A DNA stretch of 63,491 bases, filler included, from a bacterium (GCA_040757115.1; 10 parts of 10 records of this genome joined end to end with filler, not necessarily neighbours in it), one strand, 5' to 3'; positions 38,498-49,850 are shown, numbered from the whole stretch's first letter. The notes: generated from the sequence alone by a model not told the origin. Program-made: numbers and translations.

Positions 38498-38867
38498 CCG
38501 TTCAGGGATATAGCCACAGAGTCACAGAGAACACAGAGGGAATATATAACCACGAATGAACACGAATAATAAAAAGATTTGTAGTGCGAGGCTTATGGTT
38601 TTTGCAAAATTAACTTCCACNNNNNNNNNNNNNNNNNNNNNNNNNNNNNNNNNNNNNNNNNNNNTTAATTAATTAANNNNNNNNNNNNNNNNNNNNNNNN
38701 NNNNNNNNNNNNNNNNNNNNCGAACATACTATTTTTGTGCCTTTTTAGGGATATAAGTCAAGAAAAATATTTTTAAAAAAACTTAATTTTTTACTTGACA
38801 TTTCACCATAAGACTTTGTGAGTCGCAGACTCATGAGCGTTTCTCCTACCAATAACTGACCGATTAC

Positions 38868-38967
38868 CTCAGCCGAACGGTATTTAATTACCAGTTACCA
38901 ATTACCAGTTACCAATTACCAGTTACCAGAATCAAATTCCGTGCGTTATTTGTTCAACACGACACTA
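38868..38967 (-). repeat. Repeat with GGTAACT/GGTAATT heptamers, second copy at about 43613-43710
   Basis: TGTCGTGTTGAACAAATAACGCACGGAATTTGATTCTGG... shared; overlaps the pilT stop. Confidence 0.8.
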
Positions 38968-40041
38968 GACCATCTGAAGTCTTGTTGCTCTTTGTTCAAA
39001 TTCCTTTGGATTTGGTGAACGAGCTAACGCCTCATCGTAAGTAACAAGGTTATTTTTAACTAATTCTAATAAATCACTGTCCAGGGTTCGCATTCCATAA
39101 CCACCACTGGATTGAATGATAGTATACATTTGATGTGCCTTTCCCTCTCTAATCAAACTTCTAATGGCTGGGATAGCAATCATAATTTCAAAGGCAACAA
39201 CTCTGCCTTTCCCATCAACTCTGGGCACGATAGTTTGTGAAACAATCGCCTGAAGATTTACGGATAATTGAAGTCTAACCTGTTCTTGCTGTTCAACCGG
39301 GAAGACATCAATAATGCGGTCTATGGTTTGAACGGCATTATTTGTATGTAATGTTGCAAACACTAAAACCCCGGTTTCAGCCGCAGTAATAGCCGCAGAG
39401 ATAGTTTCTAAATCGCGCATCTCTCCAACTAAAATAATATCTGGATTTTGTCGCATCACATGCTTTAACGCATCGGCAAAGGAAACAGCATCTACGCCTA
39501 TTTCCCGTTGATTTATGGCACATAATTTATCCGTATGAACAAATTCTATGGGGTCTTCAATCGTGATTATATGTCCTTTTTTATTCGTATTTATATGTTC
39601 AATCATTGCGGCTAATGTTGTTGATTTACCACTTCCGGTAGGTCCTGTCACCAATATAAATCCACGCGGAAGCATTGCCAGTTGTTTAAATACCTGCGGC
39701 AAAACTAATTCATCAATTGTCTGTATCTTGATAGGTATCGTTCGCAAAACAGCACCAATGTTCCCTCTCTGTTGAAATATGTTCACCCTGAACCTTGCAA
39801 CATCAGAAATCGTATAGGATAAATCTAACTCAAGATTCTTCTCAAACCTTTTCTGTCTTTCCTCACTTAAAATACTGTATAATAATTCATTAGCATCTTG
39901 TGGAGATAGTGCTGGAAATTTTTCTGTTCTGGTTAAATGCCCATGTATTCTAAAAAAGGGTGGTTCTCCAACACGAATATGTAAATCAGAACCACCTTCA
40001 TAGACCATTTCTTTCAATAGGTCATCAAGTGTAAATTCCAT
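38965..40041 (-). CDS. pilT: Type IV pilus retraction ATPase
   Basis: GSDLH, GPTGSGKSTT, EDPIE, RQNPDIILVGEMRD, ATLHT, AIRSLIRE. Confidence 0.95.
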   Translation of the reverse strand: MEFTLDDLLKEMVYEGGSDLHIRVGEPPFFRIHGHLTRTEKFPALSPQDANELLYSILSEERQKRFEKNLELDLSYTISDVARFRVNIFQQRGNIGAVLRTIPIKIQTIDELVLPQVFKQLAMLPRGFILVTGPTGSGKSTTLAAMIEHINTNKKGHIITIEDPIEFVHTDKLCAINQREIGVDAVSFADALKHVMRQNPDIILVGEMRDLETISAAITAAETGVLVFATLHTNNAVQTIDRIIDVFPVEQQEQVRLQLSVNLQAIVSQTIVPRVDGKGRVVAFEIMIAIPAIRSLIREGKAHQMYTIIQSSGGYGMRTLDSDLLELVKNNLVTYDEALARSPNPKEFEQRATRLQMV

Positions 40042-40061
40042 TCGGTTGCTCCTTGTTTTTT

Positions 40062-40298
40062 GTAACCGTTCAGGCTATATATCAAAAGTGTAAGAAAGGG
40101 GATAAGGAGATAAGGGCGATATGGAGATAAGATAATAGAAATAGATTGAAATTTATAGAAATAGGTAGAAATTGATTGTGGAAAACAACAAATTTCCATA
40201 AATTTCTATTAGTTTCTACTAATTTCAATTTTTTTAATAATATCTCCCTATCTCCTTAATCTCCACATCTCCTTTTGTTACACCACCTGAACACTTAC
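40062..40298 (+). mobile_element. MITE-A, full copy (237 bp), 8-bp TSD TGTTTTTT
   Basis: TSD at 40054-40061 and 40299-40306. Confidence 0.95.
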
Positions 40299-40317
40299 TG
40301 TTTTTTAAAATCGAATT

Positions 40318-40764
40318 TTATCTCTCTTCTGATTCAATCGTAACTTTTGCCGGATACGGGTAATTTTCCTCCATCACTATCGGTCCGCTCATAGTTGGTG
40401 TTTTAACATTAATAATTCCGTCTGAAGCCGCAAATGAGTATTTATGAGTGCCTGCCTGTAACTTAGTTCTATATTGATATGTTACCCCATCTTCATAATT
40501 ATTATCAGTTACATCCACCTTTTCCATCGGATATATTCTGTCATCAATCCAGACCTCAATAAAACCTGGTGGGGCACCTTCTGGGTCTGCATAAATTATT
40601 GTATAAGTGAATACTGTTTTAAGGTTACCATTTACAGGAGAGACTTTAGGTGGAACAGGATAACATATTACCCAATTCTCATCACTATTTCCTTCATTTA
40701 ATCCAAAGGCATAATTTGAAAATAATATGAAACAGATGGTCAATATAATTATTTTTCTTTTCAT
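40318..40764 (-). CDS. Secreted hypothetical protein (Ig-like)
   Basis: Signal peptide; VSPVNG...FTYTIIYADPEG...YSFAASDG. Confidence 0.75.
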   Translation of the reverse strand: MKRKIIILTICFILFSNYAFGLNEGNSDENWVICYPVPPKVSPVNGNLKTVFTYTIIYADPEGAPPGFIEVWIDDRIYPMEKVDVTDNNYEDGVTYQYRTKLQAGTHKYSFAASDGIINVKTPTMSGPIVMEENYPYPAKVTIESEER

Positions 40765-40777
40765 TTTCCTATCTACT

Positions 40778-40957
40778 TTATTTCCCTGTTTTTCCTACTG
40801 CGGATTGATATATTGGGCATTGTAAACATCTGTCTTTATCATTTCGTTTACAACAGGGTATATTAAGAATTTCCCAACAGTTAGAATTTTGCTGGTAAGC
40901 CTGACAATTCAAATAATGGCTTGCCGGGCACCCTCTAATCTCATAACATCTTTTCAT
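40778..40957 (-). CDS. 59-aa eight-cysteine 'two-CW'-like protein (absent from ORF track)
   Basis: MKRCYEIRGCPASHYLNCQAYQQNSNCWEILNIPCCKRNDKDRCLQCPIY...; AAAGGGG SD. Confidence 0.75.
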   Translation of the reverse strand: MKRCYEIRGCPASHYLNCQAYQQNSNCWEILNIPCCKRNDKDRCLQCPIYQSAVGKTGK

Positions 40958-41010
40958 TAAAAACCCCTTTTGGAAGTAAAGTTAACCATCTCGATATCTT
41001 TGACAACTGC

Positions 41011-42999
41011 TTACTTCCTACTTTTTATTCGTTCTTTATTTAAAACCTTAATAAACGCAGACACTACTTTACCATCAAATAAATACCCACACCCTCTTTT
41101 GAGTTCTGAGATGGCATCTTCTGAACTAAATGCTTTCCGATAAGGTCTAATTGAAGTCATTGCATCATAGACATCAGCAACCGTGATAATTTTAGCGATT
41201 AAAGGCACACTATTATCATTTAGAGATTCTGGATAACCACTACCATCTATTCTTTCATGATGGAATTTTACGCCGTCAATAATTTCCTTTTCAGAACAAA
41301 TTGGCTCTAATATTTTTGCTCCAATTAAAGTATGTTTTTTAACATTTTCAAACTCGGGAATTGTTAACCGTTCTTTTTTATTAAGTATTTGATCCGAAAT
41401 ACCAATATTACCTAAATCATGCAAAAAACCCGCTATTTTAGCCTTTTTTATCTCTTCTGTTGACAGTCCAAGTTCCGTAGCTATCATCTCTGAATATTTA
41501 GCCACCCGCTCACAATGACCATGAGTATAGATGTCTTTTGCCTCCACGGCGGCCAATAATGATTGAATAGTATTAAGGAAACTTGTCATTTTCTCTTGAT
41601 AAAGATTGGCATTTTCAATCGCTACGCCGACTTCATTGCTCAAGATTGAAAGAAACTCTATATCCTCTCGGGTATAAGATTCCAAAGACATCTTTTCCCC
41701 TAATGATAGCATTCCCAATAACTTATCCTTAGAGGTTAAAGGAATACATATAGCGGCGTCTAATGCCTCAATGTCTTTTTTTATCTCACGCCATTGTCCA
41801 TTAATACTATTTCTTACCTCTTCCCTGATAATTGGTTTTTTAGATTGAATTAAGTAATGAATTAGTCCAGAATCAGTTTTAAATCTCGTTGTTTTCTTTT
41901 TTATTACATCTAATCCTATCGCTCGATTTACCTGAACAGTGTCCTTTGTTTCATCAAGTAAAATAATGGATGCATTCCGAATATGTATCATATTTACCAT
42001 AGAATTTAAAAAGGTATCTAACAATATTTCCCGGTCAAAGTTAGAAGCAATCTTCCGACTAATTTCTTTCGCCATATATTCCTGATTAAGTCTTTCACGA
42101 AAAAAATATCTATCAATAGTCGCCTGCATCTTCTCCCATATAAATTGAAAAAAGATAATTAATGTCAGGATAATTAATATAGATGTGATGAGTGAATTAT
42201 AACCGATTAGTTTTCTAAATGCCAGTTCAAACCATAGAATACCTCCCAAAAATAAAGCAAATATAAACCCACTTAGCCCAAAATAGATAAATTTTCTTCC
42301 CAAAATCTCGATATTTTGGGTTTCAATCGTAACTAATCTATGTCTAACAATAGTATAAACTATGATTAAAGGATAAATCCCCGTAAGAAGGTGTCCTGCC
42401 GCATACATCTTACCAGATATAAAACAAAACAGATTACTTCCTATCCCAACAAGATTAATATATCCTCCAACAAATAACAATCGTAATTGTTTTTTTTCAA
42501 TAATATTACTTGTTGTCCTTCTACGGTTAGCTAAAACTAAAAGGCTATAAATTCCTGTTCCGCTAAAAAAGATAAAGAATAAAAAATCACCAACTTGACC
42601 TACTGGATAGTAACAACCTTTAACATAATTAACATCCTGAGTCATCATTCCCATTGCACTTAGAATGAGAAATAGATAACTAAAACCGTAATTAACCTGG
42701 CATATCCTTTTAGTAATTAATCGATGGTCTCCAATAGTAGTTAATACCAGATGAAAAAAGACGGAAGGAATAAACACCAGACTTATGTAATAGAATTTTA
42801 ACCAGATTAATGCCCCTTGACTGCTTAAAGAAAAATATATCCCTACGGAGGCAAAATTCCATAGCGCTAATATTAGTCCATAGAGTATTATTTTAGTTGC
42901 ATTAGGGTCTTTTATTTTAAAAAGAACAAATCCAATTAACAGAAGGTTTGTTATCCCAGATAAAAATGCACTTAAAAAAAGGAAAACATTTGGCTCCAT
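41011..42999 (-). CDS. Membrane-sensor GAF + HD-GYP phosphodiesterase
   Basis: N-terminal multi-TM region, GAF, HDLG, HHERIDGSGYP, VADVYDAMTSIRPYR. Confidence 0.9.
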   Translation of the reverse strand: MEPNVFLFLSAFLSGITNLLLIGFVLFKIKDPNATKIILYGLILALWNFASVGIYFSLSSQGALIWLKFYYISLVFIPSVFFHLVLTTIGDHRLITKRICQVNYGFSYLFLILSAMGMMTQDVNYVKGCYYPVGQVGDFLFFIFFSGTGIYSLLVLANRRRTTSNIIEKKQLRLLFVGGYINLVGIGSNLFCFISGKMYAAGHLLTGIYPLIIVYTIVRHRLVTIETQNIEILGRKFIYFGLSGFIFALFLGGILWFELAFRKLIGYNSLITSILIILTLIIFFQFIWEKMQATIDRYFFRERLNQEYMAKEISRKIASNFDREILLDTFLNSMVNMIHIRNASIILLDETKDTVQVNRAIGLDVIKKKTTRFKTDSGLIHYLIQSKKPIIREEVRNSINGQWREIKKDIEALDAAICIPLTSKDKLLGMLSLGEKMSLESYTREDIEFLSILSNEVGVAIENANLYQEKMTSFLNTIQSLLAAVEAKDIYTHGHCERVAKYSEMIATELGLSTEEIKKAKIAGFLHDLGNIGISDQILNKKERLTIPEFENVKKHTLIGAKILEPICSEKEIIDGVKFHHERIDGSGYPESLNDNSVPLIAKIITVADVYDAMTSIRPYRKAFSSEDAISELKRGCGYLFDGKVVSAFIKVLNKERIKSRK

Positions 43000-43114
43000 T
43001 ATTTAGTTACCCTTTATCAAACCATCTACCCCTCCCATATTGTAATACATTACCATAAAATATTAAAAATGTCAAGGGAAAAAAGAATCACACATCCTAA
43101 AAATAAAAAAATTC

Positions 43115-43143
43115 TTGCAATATTTTTGATAATATGTTATAAT
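43115..43143 (+). promoter_or_regulatory. rplM promoter TTGCAA-17-TATAAT (TG extended)
   Basis: TTGCAA 43115-43120, TATAAT 43138-43143. Confidence 0.7.
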
Positions 43144-43176
43144 ACACTTTTCCAGAAATTTAAGGAGGAAAGATAA

Positions 43177-43605
43177 ATGAAAACTTATATGGCTAAAGAA
43201 AAAGACTTGCAAAAAAAATGGTATGTTGTAGATGCAGGAAGTCAAATACTGGGGCGTATGGCAAGTCACATCGCTCATATCCTGCGAGGTAAACATAAAC
43301 CAATCTATACTCCCTACTTAGACACGGGTGATAATGTAGTCGTGATTAATGCACAGAAGGTTAATGTGACGGGTAAGAAAGCAGAGCAAAAAATTTATTA
43401 CCACCATACAACCTATCCTGGTCATTTAAAGAGTATAAAATATAACAAATTAATGGCTCAGTCCCCGGATAAGGTAATTAGATTAGCGGTGAAAAGGATG
43501 TTACCTAAAGGGGTATTAGGCAGAAAAATGCTTAAAAAGTTATACATCTACCCAGGTAATACTCATCCTCATCAGGCTCAACAACCAGAAATGTTAAATA
43601 GGTAA
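43177..43605 (+). CDS. rplM: 50S ribosomal protein L13
   Basis: [31 protein letters not shown]. Confidence 0.98.
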   Translation: MKTYMAKEKDLQKKWYVVDAGSQILGRMASHIAHILRGKHKPIYTPYLDTGDNVVVINAQKVNVTGKKAEQKIYYHHTTYPGHLKSIKYNKLMAQSPDKVIRLAVKRMLPKGVLGRKMLKKLYIYPGNTHPHQAQQPEMLNR

Positions 43606-43783
43606 CGGGTGACTAATGTCGTGTTGAACAAATAACGCACGGAATTTGATTCTGGTAACTGGTGATTGGTAACTGGTAATTGGTAATTAAATACCGTTCG
43701 GCTGAGCTCAGGACGAAACTATTTAACCAATTACCAGTTACCATTTAACCAATTACCAGGCAATAAGGAGGTTTTGTAAAAAA

Positions 43784-44182
43784 ATGGCTACAACTCAAAA
43801 TTATGGGACAGGTAGAAGGAAAAGGGCAATTGCAAGGGTAAGACTTCTTCCGGGAGTAGGTAAAATAGTTATCAATAAAAAAGAACTAAAAGATTACTTC
43901 GGTGGTAGAAGTTTAACCTTTGAACCTATTATCCAACAACCACTAATGGCTACTTCTACTTTAGGTAAGTATGATATTTTAGCTACCGTAGAAGGCGGTG
44001 GTGTTACTGGTCAGGCAGAGGCTATTCGCCATGGCATAGCCAGAGCCCTTGTCCGGGCTAATGAGGAATTGCGAACAATTCTTGGCCGGGGCGGATTTCT
44101 AACTCGAGACCCGCGCATGCATGAACGGAAAAAATATGGACTCTATGGCCGAAGACGCAGATTCCAGTACTCCAAACGGTAA
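43784..44182 (+). CDS. rpsI: 30S ribosomal protein S9
   Basis: [31 protein letters not shown]. Confidence 0.98.
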   Translation: MATTQNYGTGRRKRAIARVRLLPGVGKIVINKKELKDYFGGRSLTFEPIIQQPLMATSTLGKYDILATVEGGGVTGQAEAIRHGIARALVRANEELRTILGRGGFLTRDPRMHERKKYGLYGRRRRFQYSKR

Positions 44183-44193
44183 TTTAATGATTG

Positions 44194-44505
44194 GTAACCA
44201 TTCAGGTAGTCCTTTACCACAGAGACGCAGAGGAACAGAGAAGACATAGAAATAAAGTAACTATTCAGCCACTGATTAACACGGATTAGCACGGATAAAT
44301 AGCAGAGGACAGAGGGCAGAAGGCAGAGGGCAGAGGGCAACAAGAGAAAAACCCTTCAGCCTGATTACGGACACGGATTACGAATTTTCAGTGTTTCATC
44401 TGTGTTCATCTATGGCTGAATAATTACAATCAGGGATGTTAATCGTCTCGTCCATAGATTTTAATTTTTTCTCTGCGTCTCTGTGTCTGTGCGGTGAATA
44501 GTTAC
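44194..44505 (+). mobile_element. Nested IS66-type TIR shells (inner 44257-44427) with a GxxExxY 3' remnant
   Basis: GTAACCATTCAGG...GTGAATAGTTAC; inner GTAACTATTCAGCC...GGCTGAATAATTAC; VNRLVHRF* resembles IKRIANRF* at 16916. Confidence 0.75.
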
Positions 44506-44649
44506 CTAATGTCCAATTGACCTAAAAAATGTTGAATGACAACATAACTAATACCAGTAGATAGTAGCAAGTAGAGAATAACAAGTTGCAAGGTAATTTT
44601 CTCGCTACTTTCTACTCTCCAGCCTATTTTCAGGGAGAATATACATACA

Positions 44650-44863
44650 ATGAATGTTCCAGAGGTGTTTTTGGATTTAGTAAATAAGGTAGCGAAGGGG
44701 CAAATATCATTAGATTCCGCAGTGGCAGAGATTCAGAGTCAAAGGATAAAACCCTGGCTGGAGAAAGAGGCAGTGTTAAATCTGGAGCAAACAATCAATA
44801 GCCTGGCTAACCAATCTCCACCACAGGCATATTACCTTGCTACCCTTAACTATGAATCAGCAA
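44650..44863 (+). CDS. Hypothetical protein, 3' truncated by contig end
   Basis: Open frame to the gap. Confidence 0.5.
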
Positions 44864-44963
44864 NNNNNNNNNNNNNNNNNNNNNNNNNNNNNNNNNNNNN
44901 NNNNNNNTTAATTAATTAANNNNNNNNNNNNNNNNNNNNNNNNNNNNNNNNNNNNNNNNNNNN

Positions 44964-46427
44964 TTAGAATGCCTTCAGCAAGCAGAATTGGTTGTCTATG
45001 ATTATCTGGCGAATGAAGAACTACTGAATTGGGTTAAAAATGGTGCGGAGGTAATTTATGTTGGGAAAAAGGCTGGTGAACATACCTTTTCTCAAGGACA
45101 AATTAACCAATTATTGGTAGATAAAGCTAACGAAGGCAAAGTCATCGTTCGACTTAAAGGTGGCGACCCATTTGTCTTTGGTAGAGGTGGCGAAGAAGCT
45201 GAATTCCTTGTTGAAAACGGTATAGATTTTGAAGTTGTGCCAGGCGTAACATCTGCGGTTGCTGTGCCTGCCTACGCTGGCATTCCATTAACCCATCGAA
45301 AATATACATCCCTTGTAACTATTATTACGGGTCATGAGGCTTTAGACAAATCTTCTTTACCCGGGTCAGAGATAGCTAAAGTTGGCGGGACACTTGTTAT
45401 CCTGATGGGGACTTCAAAATTGGAACAAATTATTAATGAATTGATAAACAATGGGTTAAATGGACAAACGCCCATTGCCGTAATTTACTCTGGAACATTG
45501 AGTGACCAAAAAACAATTACAGGCACATTGAACAATATCGTGGAAAAAATCCATAGGTTAAAACCTCCAACCATTAGCATTATTGGTGAGGTAGTAAATT
45601 TACGCCAATCACTTAATTGGTTTGAGAAAAAGCCGTTATTTGGCAAGAAGATTTTAATCACCCGGACAAGAGAACAGGCAAGTGAGTTAAGTAAATTATT
45701 AAAAACCTATGGGGCTTCGGTTGTCGAATTCCCGGTGATTAAAATCGTTCTACCTGTAGATGTTAAAAAATTAGACAATGCCATTACCCAACTTGATACT
45801 TATGATTGGATTATCTTTACCAGTGTTAATGGAGTAAAATACTTCTTTAATCAATTAAGAAAAATTGGCAAGGATATCCGCGAATTAAAAGGTCTAAAAA
45901 TAGCCGCAATTGGTCCTGCAACTAACAAAATGCTCAGGGATTTAGAATTAAATGTTGATTACCAGCCTGAAGAAGAATGGACGCAGGAAGGATTGATTGA
46001 AGGATTTAAAAAATTTGAAATGAGAGGAAAAAGAGTTCTTGTGCCAAGAAGTGAAGAGGCGCGCCAGGTATTGATTGAAGGACTAAAAGAAATGGAGGCA
46101 CAAGTAGATGATGTGGCGGCATATCGAACAATTAAAGAAGAATCAGATGTAGGTTATTTGAAAGAATTGTTATCTCGCGGCGAAATTGATATAATTACCT
46201 TTACCAGCTCATCTACAGTGACAAATTTCTGTTGTCTTTTTAATAAAGAGGAAATTAACCATCTTTTAAATAAAGTCAAAATAGCCTCTATTGGTCCTAT
46301 CACTACTCAAAAGGCACAAGCCCTTGGTCTAAAAGTAGATATTACGGCTAAGGAATATACAATAAAAGGTTTAGTCAAGGCAATCCTTAAAGCGGAACTT
46401 CCCCTCAAAAGAGGGGTAGGTGTTTAG
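44964..46427 (+). CDS. cobA: Uroporphyrinogen-III C-methyltransferase/synthase fusion (CobA-HemD), 5' truncated
   Basis: [58 protein letters not shown]. Confidence 0.92.
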   Translation, partial: LECLQQAELVVYDYLANEELLNWVKNGAEVIYVGKKAGEHTFSQGQINQLLVDKANEGKVIVRLKGGDPFVFGRGGEEAEFLVENGIDFEVVPGVTSAVAVPAYAGIPLTHRKYTSLVTIITGHEALDKSSLPGSEIAKVGGTLVILMGTSKLEQIINELINNGLNGQTPIAVIYSGTLSDQKTITGTLNNIVEKIHRLKPPTISIIGEVVNLRQSLNWFEKKPLFGKKILITRTREQASELSKLLKTYGASVVEFPVIKIVLPVDVKKLDNAITQLDTYDWIIFTSVNGVKYFFNQLRKIGKDIRELKGLKIAAIGPATNKMLRDLELNVDYQPEEEWTQEGLIEGFKKFEMRGKRVLVPRSEEARQVLIEGLKEMEAQVDDVAAYRTIKEESDVGYLKELLSRGEIDIITFTSSSTVTNFCCLFNKEEINHLLNKVKIASIGPITTQKAQALGLKVDITAKEYTIKGLVKAILKAELPLKRGVGV

Positions 46428-46509
46428 CGTGTTCTGAATGACGCTAATTTAAGGCGTAACTCTTTGGTAAATAATAGGATACCGATGTAAAATATTCCAC
46501 CAGGAGTTT

Positions 46510-46690
46510 AATGCAAATATCAAAATGTAAAAATCAAAATTACAAAGCAAAATGCAAAAATACTTGTAAGGCAATAAAAAAAATCAAATATTAAAAATCA
46601 AAAATAAGAATAAAAGAATTCCTTAATTTTGATATTTGCTCTTTGATTTTTGATATGATATTTGATATGTCATTTTGCATTTTAATATTT
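46510..46690. repeat. Empty inverted heptamer shell (CAAAATG-like / TTTTGAT-like)
   Basis: atcaaaatgtaaaaatcaaaattac ... ttttgatatttgctctttgatttttga. Confidence 0.65.
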
Positions 46691-46695
46691 AATTT

Positions 46696-47796
46696 TTATA
46701 CCTCTTCCAACTCATACTTTCTTGTTCCTAATCCAATTTGCTGGGCATAAGCAAGTTGAGGTTCTCCGGTTAGGTTATGGATAATTCCCTGTAATTTATC
46801 TTTTCCTGGTTCAAGATTGCTTTTTAAGGCGGTATTTGGGATACCGATTTGTTGATTTACGAGGTCAATCGCCGCCTGGTCAATCGCCACAGGGTCTAAT
46901 GAAGATAAAATGCCAACATCCGGAATGATATTAGCATCAGAATGCGGACAACAATCACAATCCGGGCTAACATCCATAATAAAATTAAAAAAACACGCCT
47001 TTTTATCTAAAAGAGCCCCGTAGGCAAATTCAACCATTCTCTCCTGAACAACTATCGAAGAAAGCCCCAGCCAATCAACATTAAAAACCTTATTCGGGCA
47101 CATCACCAGGCATTCCCCACAACCAAGACATTTATTTTTATCAATTCTGGGTAATTTATTTTCAACATTTATTGCCTGTCCCGGGCAATTATCAACACAA
47201 ATTAAACACCCCTGACAATTCTTTGCTTTGACTAACGGGACCGCATTGCAGTGCATTTTAAATTTACCACTACGGTCTGCCAGCCCCATCCCCATATTTT
47301 TTAGCGTGCCTCCAAAACCTGTAACCGCATGTCCCTTAAAATGGGCTAAACTAATCAACAAATCTGCTTCTTTAACTACTTGTGAGATTGTGACTGATTT
47401 AAAATGTTTTTTATTAATTGTTACCTCAAGTTTTGCCTCTCCTTTTAGTCCATCGCCAATGATTATTGGTGCTTGAACACAGGAATAAGTAAAGCCGTTG
47501 GCATAAGCGGTTTGCAGGTGTTTGACGGCATTGGCTCTACTGCCGGCATAAAGGGTATTCGTATCGGTCAGAAATGGATTTCCACCAGCCGCCTTGACAT
47601 ACTTGACTAACTCCCTTATCCAGATGGGATGAATAAATGCCAGATTACCCATTTCACCAAAATGGAGTTTGATGGCAATAAGGGCATTTTTAGTTACTAA
47701 TTCATTTAACTTTAATTTTTTTAGCAATTTATTAAATTTAGCAAATGAATTCTCACCAAAACTTGCCCGCATATTCATAAAAAAAACTTTAGCCAT
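46696..47796 (-). CDS. DUF362 protein with 2x[4Fe-4S] ferredoxin insert
   Basis: IKLHFGE, TDTNTLY, HFKGH, CQGCLICVDNCP, CLGCGECLVMCP, DPVAIDQA. Confidence 0.9.
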   Translation of the reverse strand: MAKVFFMNMRASFGENSFAKFNKLLKKLKLNELVTKNALIAIKLHFGEMGNLAFIHPIWIRELVKYVKAAGGNPFLTDTNTLYAGSRANAVKHLQTAYANGFTYSCVQAPIIIGDGLKGEAKLEVTINKKHFKSVTISQVVKEADLLISLAHFKGHAVTGFGGTLKNMGMGLADRSGKFKMHCNAVPLVKAKNCQGCLICVDNCPGQAINVENKLPRIDKNKCLGCGECLVMCPNKVFNVDWLGLSSIVVQERMVEFAYGALLDKKACFFNFIMDVSPDCDCCPHSDANIIPDVGILSSLDPVAIDQAAIDLVNQQIGIPNTALKSNLEPGKDKLQGIIHNLTGEPQLAYAQQIGLGTRKYELEEV

Positions 47797-47913
47797 AACT
47801 ACTCTCCACTTTTTTCTAATCTTTACTCTGCGGTGAACGGTTACGAATTTTGTAATTTACATCCACTCTCTCTATCCTTATGAGATGTTTCCCGTCTTGC
47901 TATTTCTTCAGGC

Positions 47914-48624
47914 TTAAATGGTTTTATTTAATAAATTCTTCATAACTTCAAATGCAATTAAAAGGTTTTCTTTTCGTAATGCCTTGTAATAATCAGGCTT
48001 ATGTATTGGTCTATTAACTTTGCGCTCTCCTTCAAGTAAAGTAAGTATATTTAAGTCAATATCAAAATATGATAATAGAGTATGTGTAGAGGGACTACCA
48101 TATTGGACACTATTTGCTGATGAATAATCTCCACCTAATTGACTTTCTAATTGAAAAAGTACAAAAAACAAATCAGGATACATTTGTTTTAACAAGGTAA
48201 AATCAACAAGAATTCTCTTCAACATTGCATTTTCAGTATATGCTTTACATTCTATTGCAATTTTAAACTTACCATCTATGTAAACATGTATATCTGTGGC
48301 TAATGAATAATAAAACCTTTTTATATTTTTTTCAATGTATTCCTTTACTTCAAGACTCTTAATTCTTTTTAGGTATTCCTTTTTCAATGGGATTTTTATC
48401 CTTTTTCTTTCGGTAGATAATCGATTAATATCATAACCCAATTCCTCCCATGCTATTTCTATTAAACTTTTGGCTAAACTCTCAACTAATAATCCTTTCC
48501 CTGCCCTTATAATACCACCGTACGCTCTGTCTTCGGAATCCTTTGCCTTTGTATCAATGCCTTTAACCAAAAACTCATAAGCATTAATAAGTGATTGAAT
48601 GTTTCTTGAAACTTTGTTTTTCAT
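47914..48624 (-). CDS. Probable type II restriction endonuclease (PD-(D/E)xK)
   Basis: TDIHVY...IAIECKAY; directly downstream of a DNA methyltransferase. Confidence 0.75.
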   Translation of the reverse strand: MKNKVSRNIQSLINAYEFLVKGIDTKAKDSEDRAYGGIIRAGKGLLVESLAKSLIEIAWEELGYDINRLSTERKRIKIPLKKEYLKRIKSLEVKEYIEKNIKRFYYSLATDIHVYIDGKFKIAIECKAYTENAMLKRILVDFTLLKQMYPDLFFVLFQLESQLGGDYSSANSVQYGSPSTHTLLSYFDIDLNILTLLEGERKVNRPIHKPDYYKALRKENLLIAFEVMKNLLNKTI

Positions 48625-48632
48625 ACTTTTCT

Positions 48633-49844
48633 CTAAAATAATCTCATGTCAATCTGTGTTTCTTTAAGTCTATTTTCTGCTTTTTTACAGTATTCTTCAG
48701 AAATGTCAATACCAATATATTTTCGGGACAGTTTTTTAGCCACAGCAGTAGTTGTTCCGACGCCATTAAAAGGGTCTAAAATTACATCGCCTTTATAACA
48801 AAACAATTTTAATATCCTCTCAACGAGATTTTCAGGAAACATCGCCGGATGTCCATATTTTTTCATGTTTCTTTCTGGAGCAATATCCCACTTTCCTATT
48901 ACATATTTCTTAAATTCTTCATCAGAAATATCAATATTTTCACTATTACCGTCTTTCTTTAAATCGCCTTTACAAAATACTTCAAGGAATTCCCATGTAT
49001 ATTTTAAATAGGGATTACTTGGGCTTTTCCATGACCCCCAGGCGGTATATTTGCAATTCCAATTATGTTTATCCCATAAAATTTCACCTTTCCAGATCAT
49101 TTTTTGGCTCATAAAAAAATTAGAGATTATGTGATGAATTGGAATATAATCTGAAAATAAAGGTTGAACATTAACAATAATTCTCCCGCCATATTTTAAA
49201 ACCCTTATACACTCCTTAAATACAGCAAATAGTTTATTAAAATATGAATTCCATTCTGTCCCATCTTTATGATTTTCATAATCTAATCCAAAATTATACG
49301 GTGGGGATGTAAAAATTAAATCTATACAATTGTCAGGGAATTGCTTTAATACTTCTTCACTATCTCCTTTTATTATTTTATTTATAAACTGTTCAGGCAC
49401 CCTGTGGTTATTTTTTGAGAAGGTATTATCTTTTGCATAATAATACATTCCTCTTTCTTTTTCTTTTCCTTCTCTTCCCTTAACTTTTCTCTCTCGAGTA
49501 TATCCGACATATAATCTTTTTCTACCTTTTAAACCATAACTTTTTATTTTTTCAATGCTCTCCAATATAACTTTTAATATGTTGGATTCTTTATCATCCG
49601 CATCTTTTGATAAAATATATATATTCCTTTTGAAATCAGCAAAATCTATTTGATATAGATTAATTATTAAATCATTATCTTTAAATTCAAAGTATATATC
49701 TTCTTTAGAATAAAGAGACAAAAGTTGCTGTATAATAGGATTATTTTGTAAATCTATACCATCTCGATTGATTTTTATGATTTTATATCCATCTTTAATA
49801 TTTTGTTTTTTATTTACTTCCAGCATTTTTGTCAATCTCTCCAT
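48633..49844 (-). CDS. Beta-class amino DNA methyltransferase (likely m4C)
   Basis: TSPPY precedes HPAMFP and LDPFNGVGTT. Confidence 0.9.
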   Translation of the reverse strand: MERLTKMLEVNKKQNIKDGYKIIKINRDGIDLQNNPIIQQLLSLYSKEDIYFEFKDNDLIINLYQIDFADFKRNIYILSKDADDKESNILKVILESIEKIKSYGLKGRKRLYVGYTRERKVKGREGKEKERGMYYYAKDNTFSKNNHRVPEQFINKIIKGDSEEVLKQFPDNCIDLIFTSPPYNFGLDYENHKDGTEWNSYFNKLFAVFKECIRVLKYGGRIIVNVQPLFSDYIPIHHIISNFFMSQKMIWKGEILWDKHNWNCKYTAWGSWKSPSNPYLKYTWEFLEVFCKGDLKKDGNSENIDISDEEFKKYVIGKWDIAPERNMKKYGHPAMFPENLVERILKLFCYKGDVILDPFNGVGTTTAVAKKLSRKYIGIDISEEYCKKAENRLKETQIDMRLF

Positions 49845-49850
49845 TTTTAA

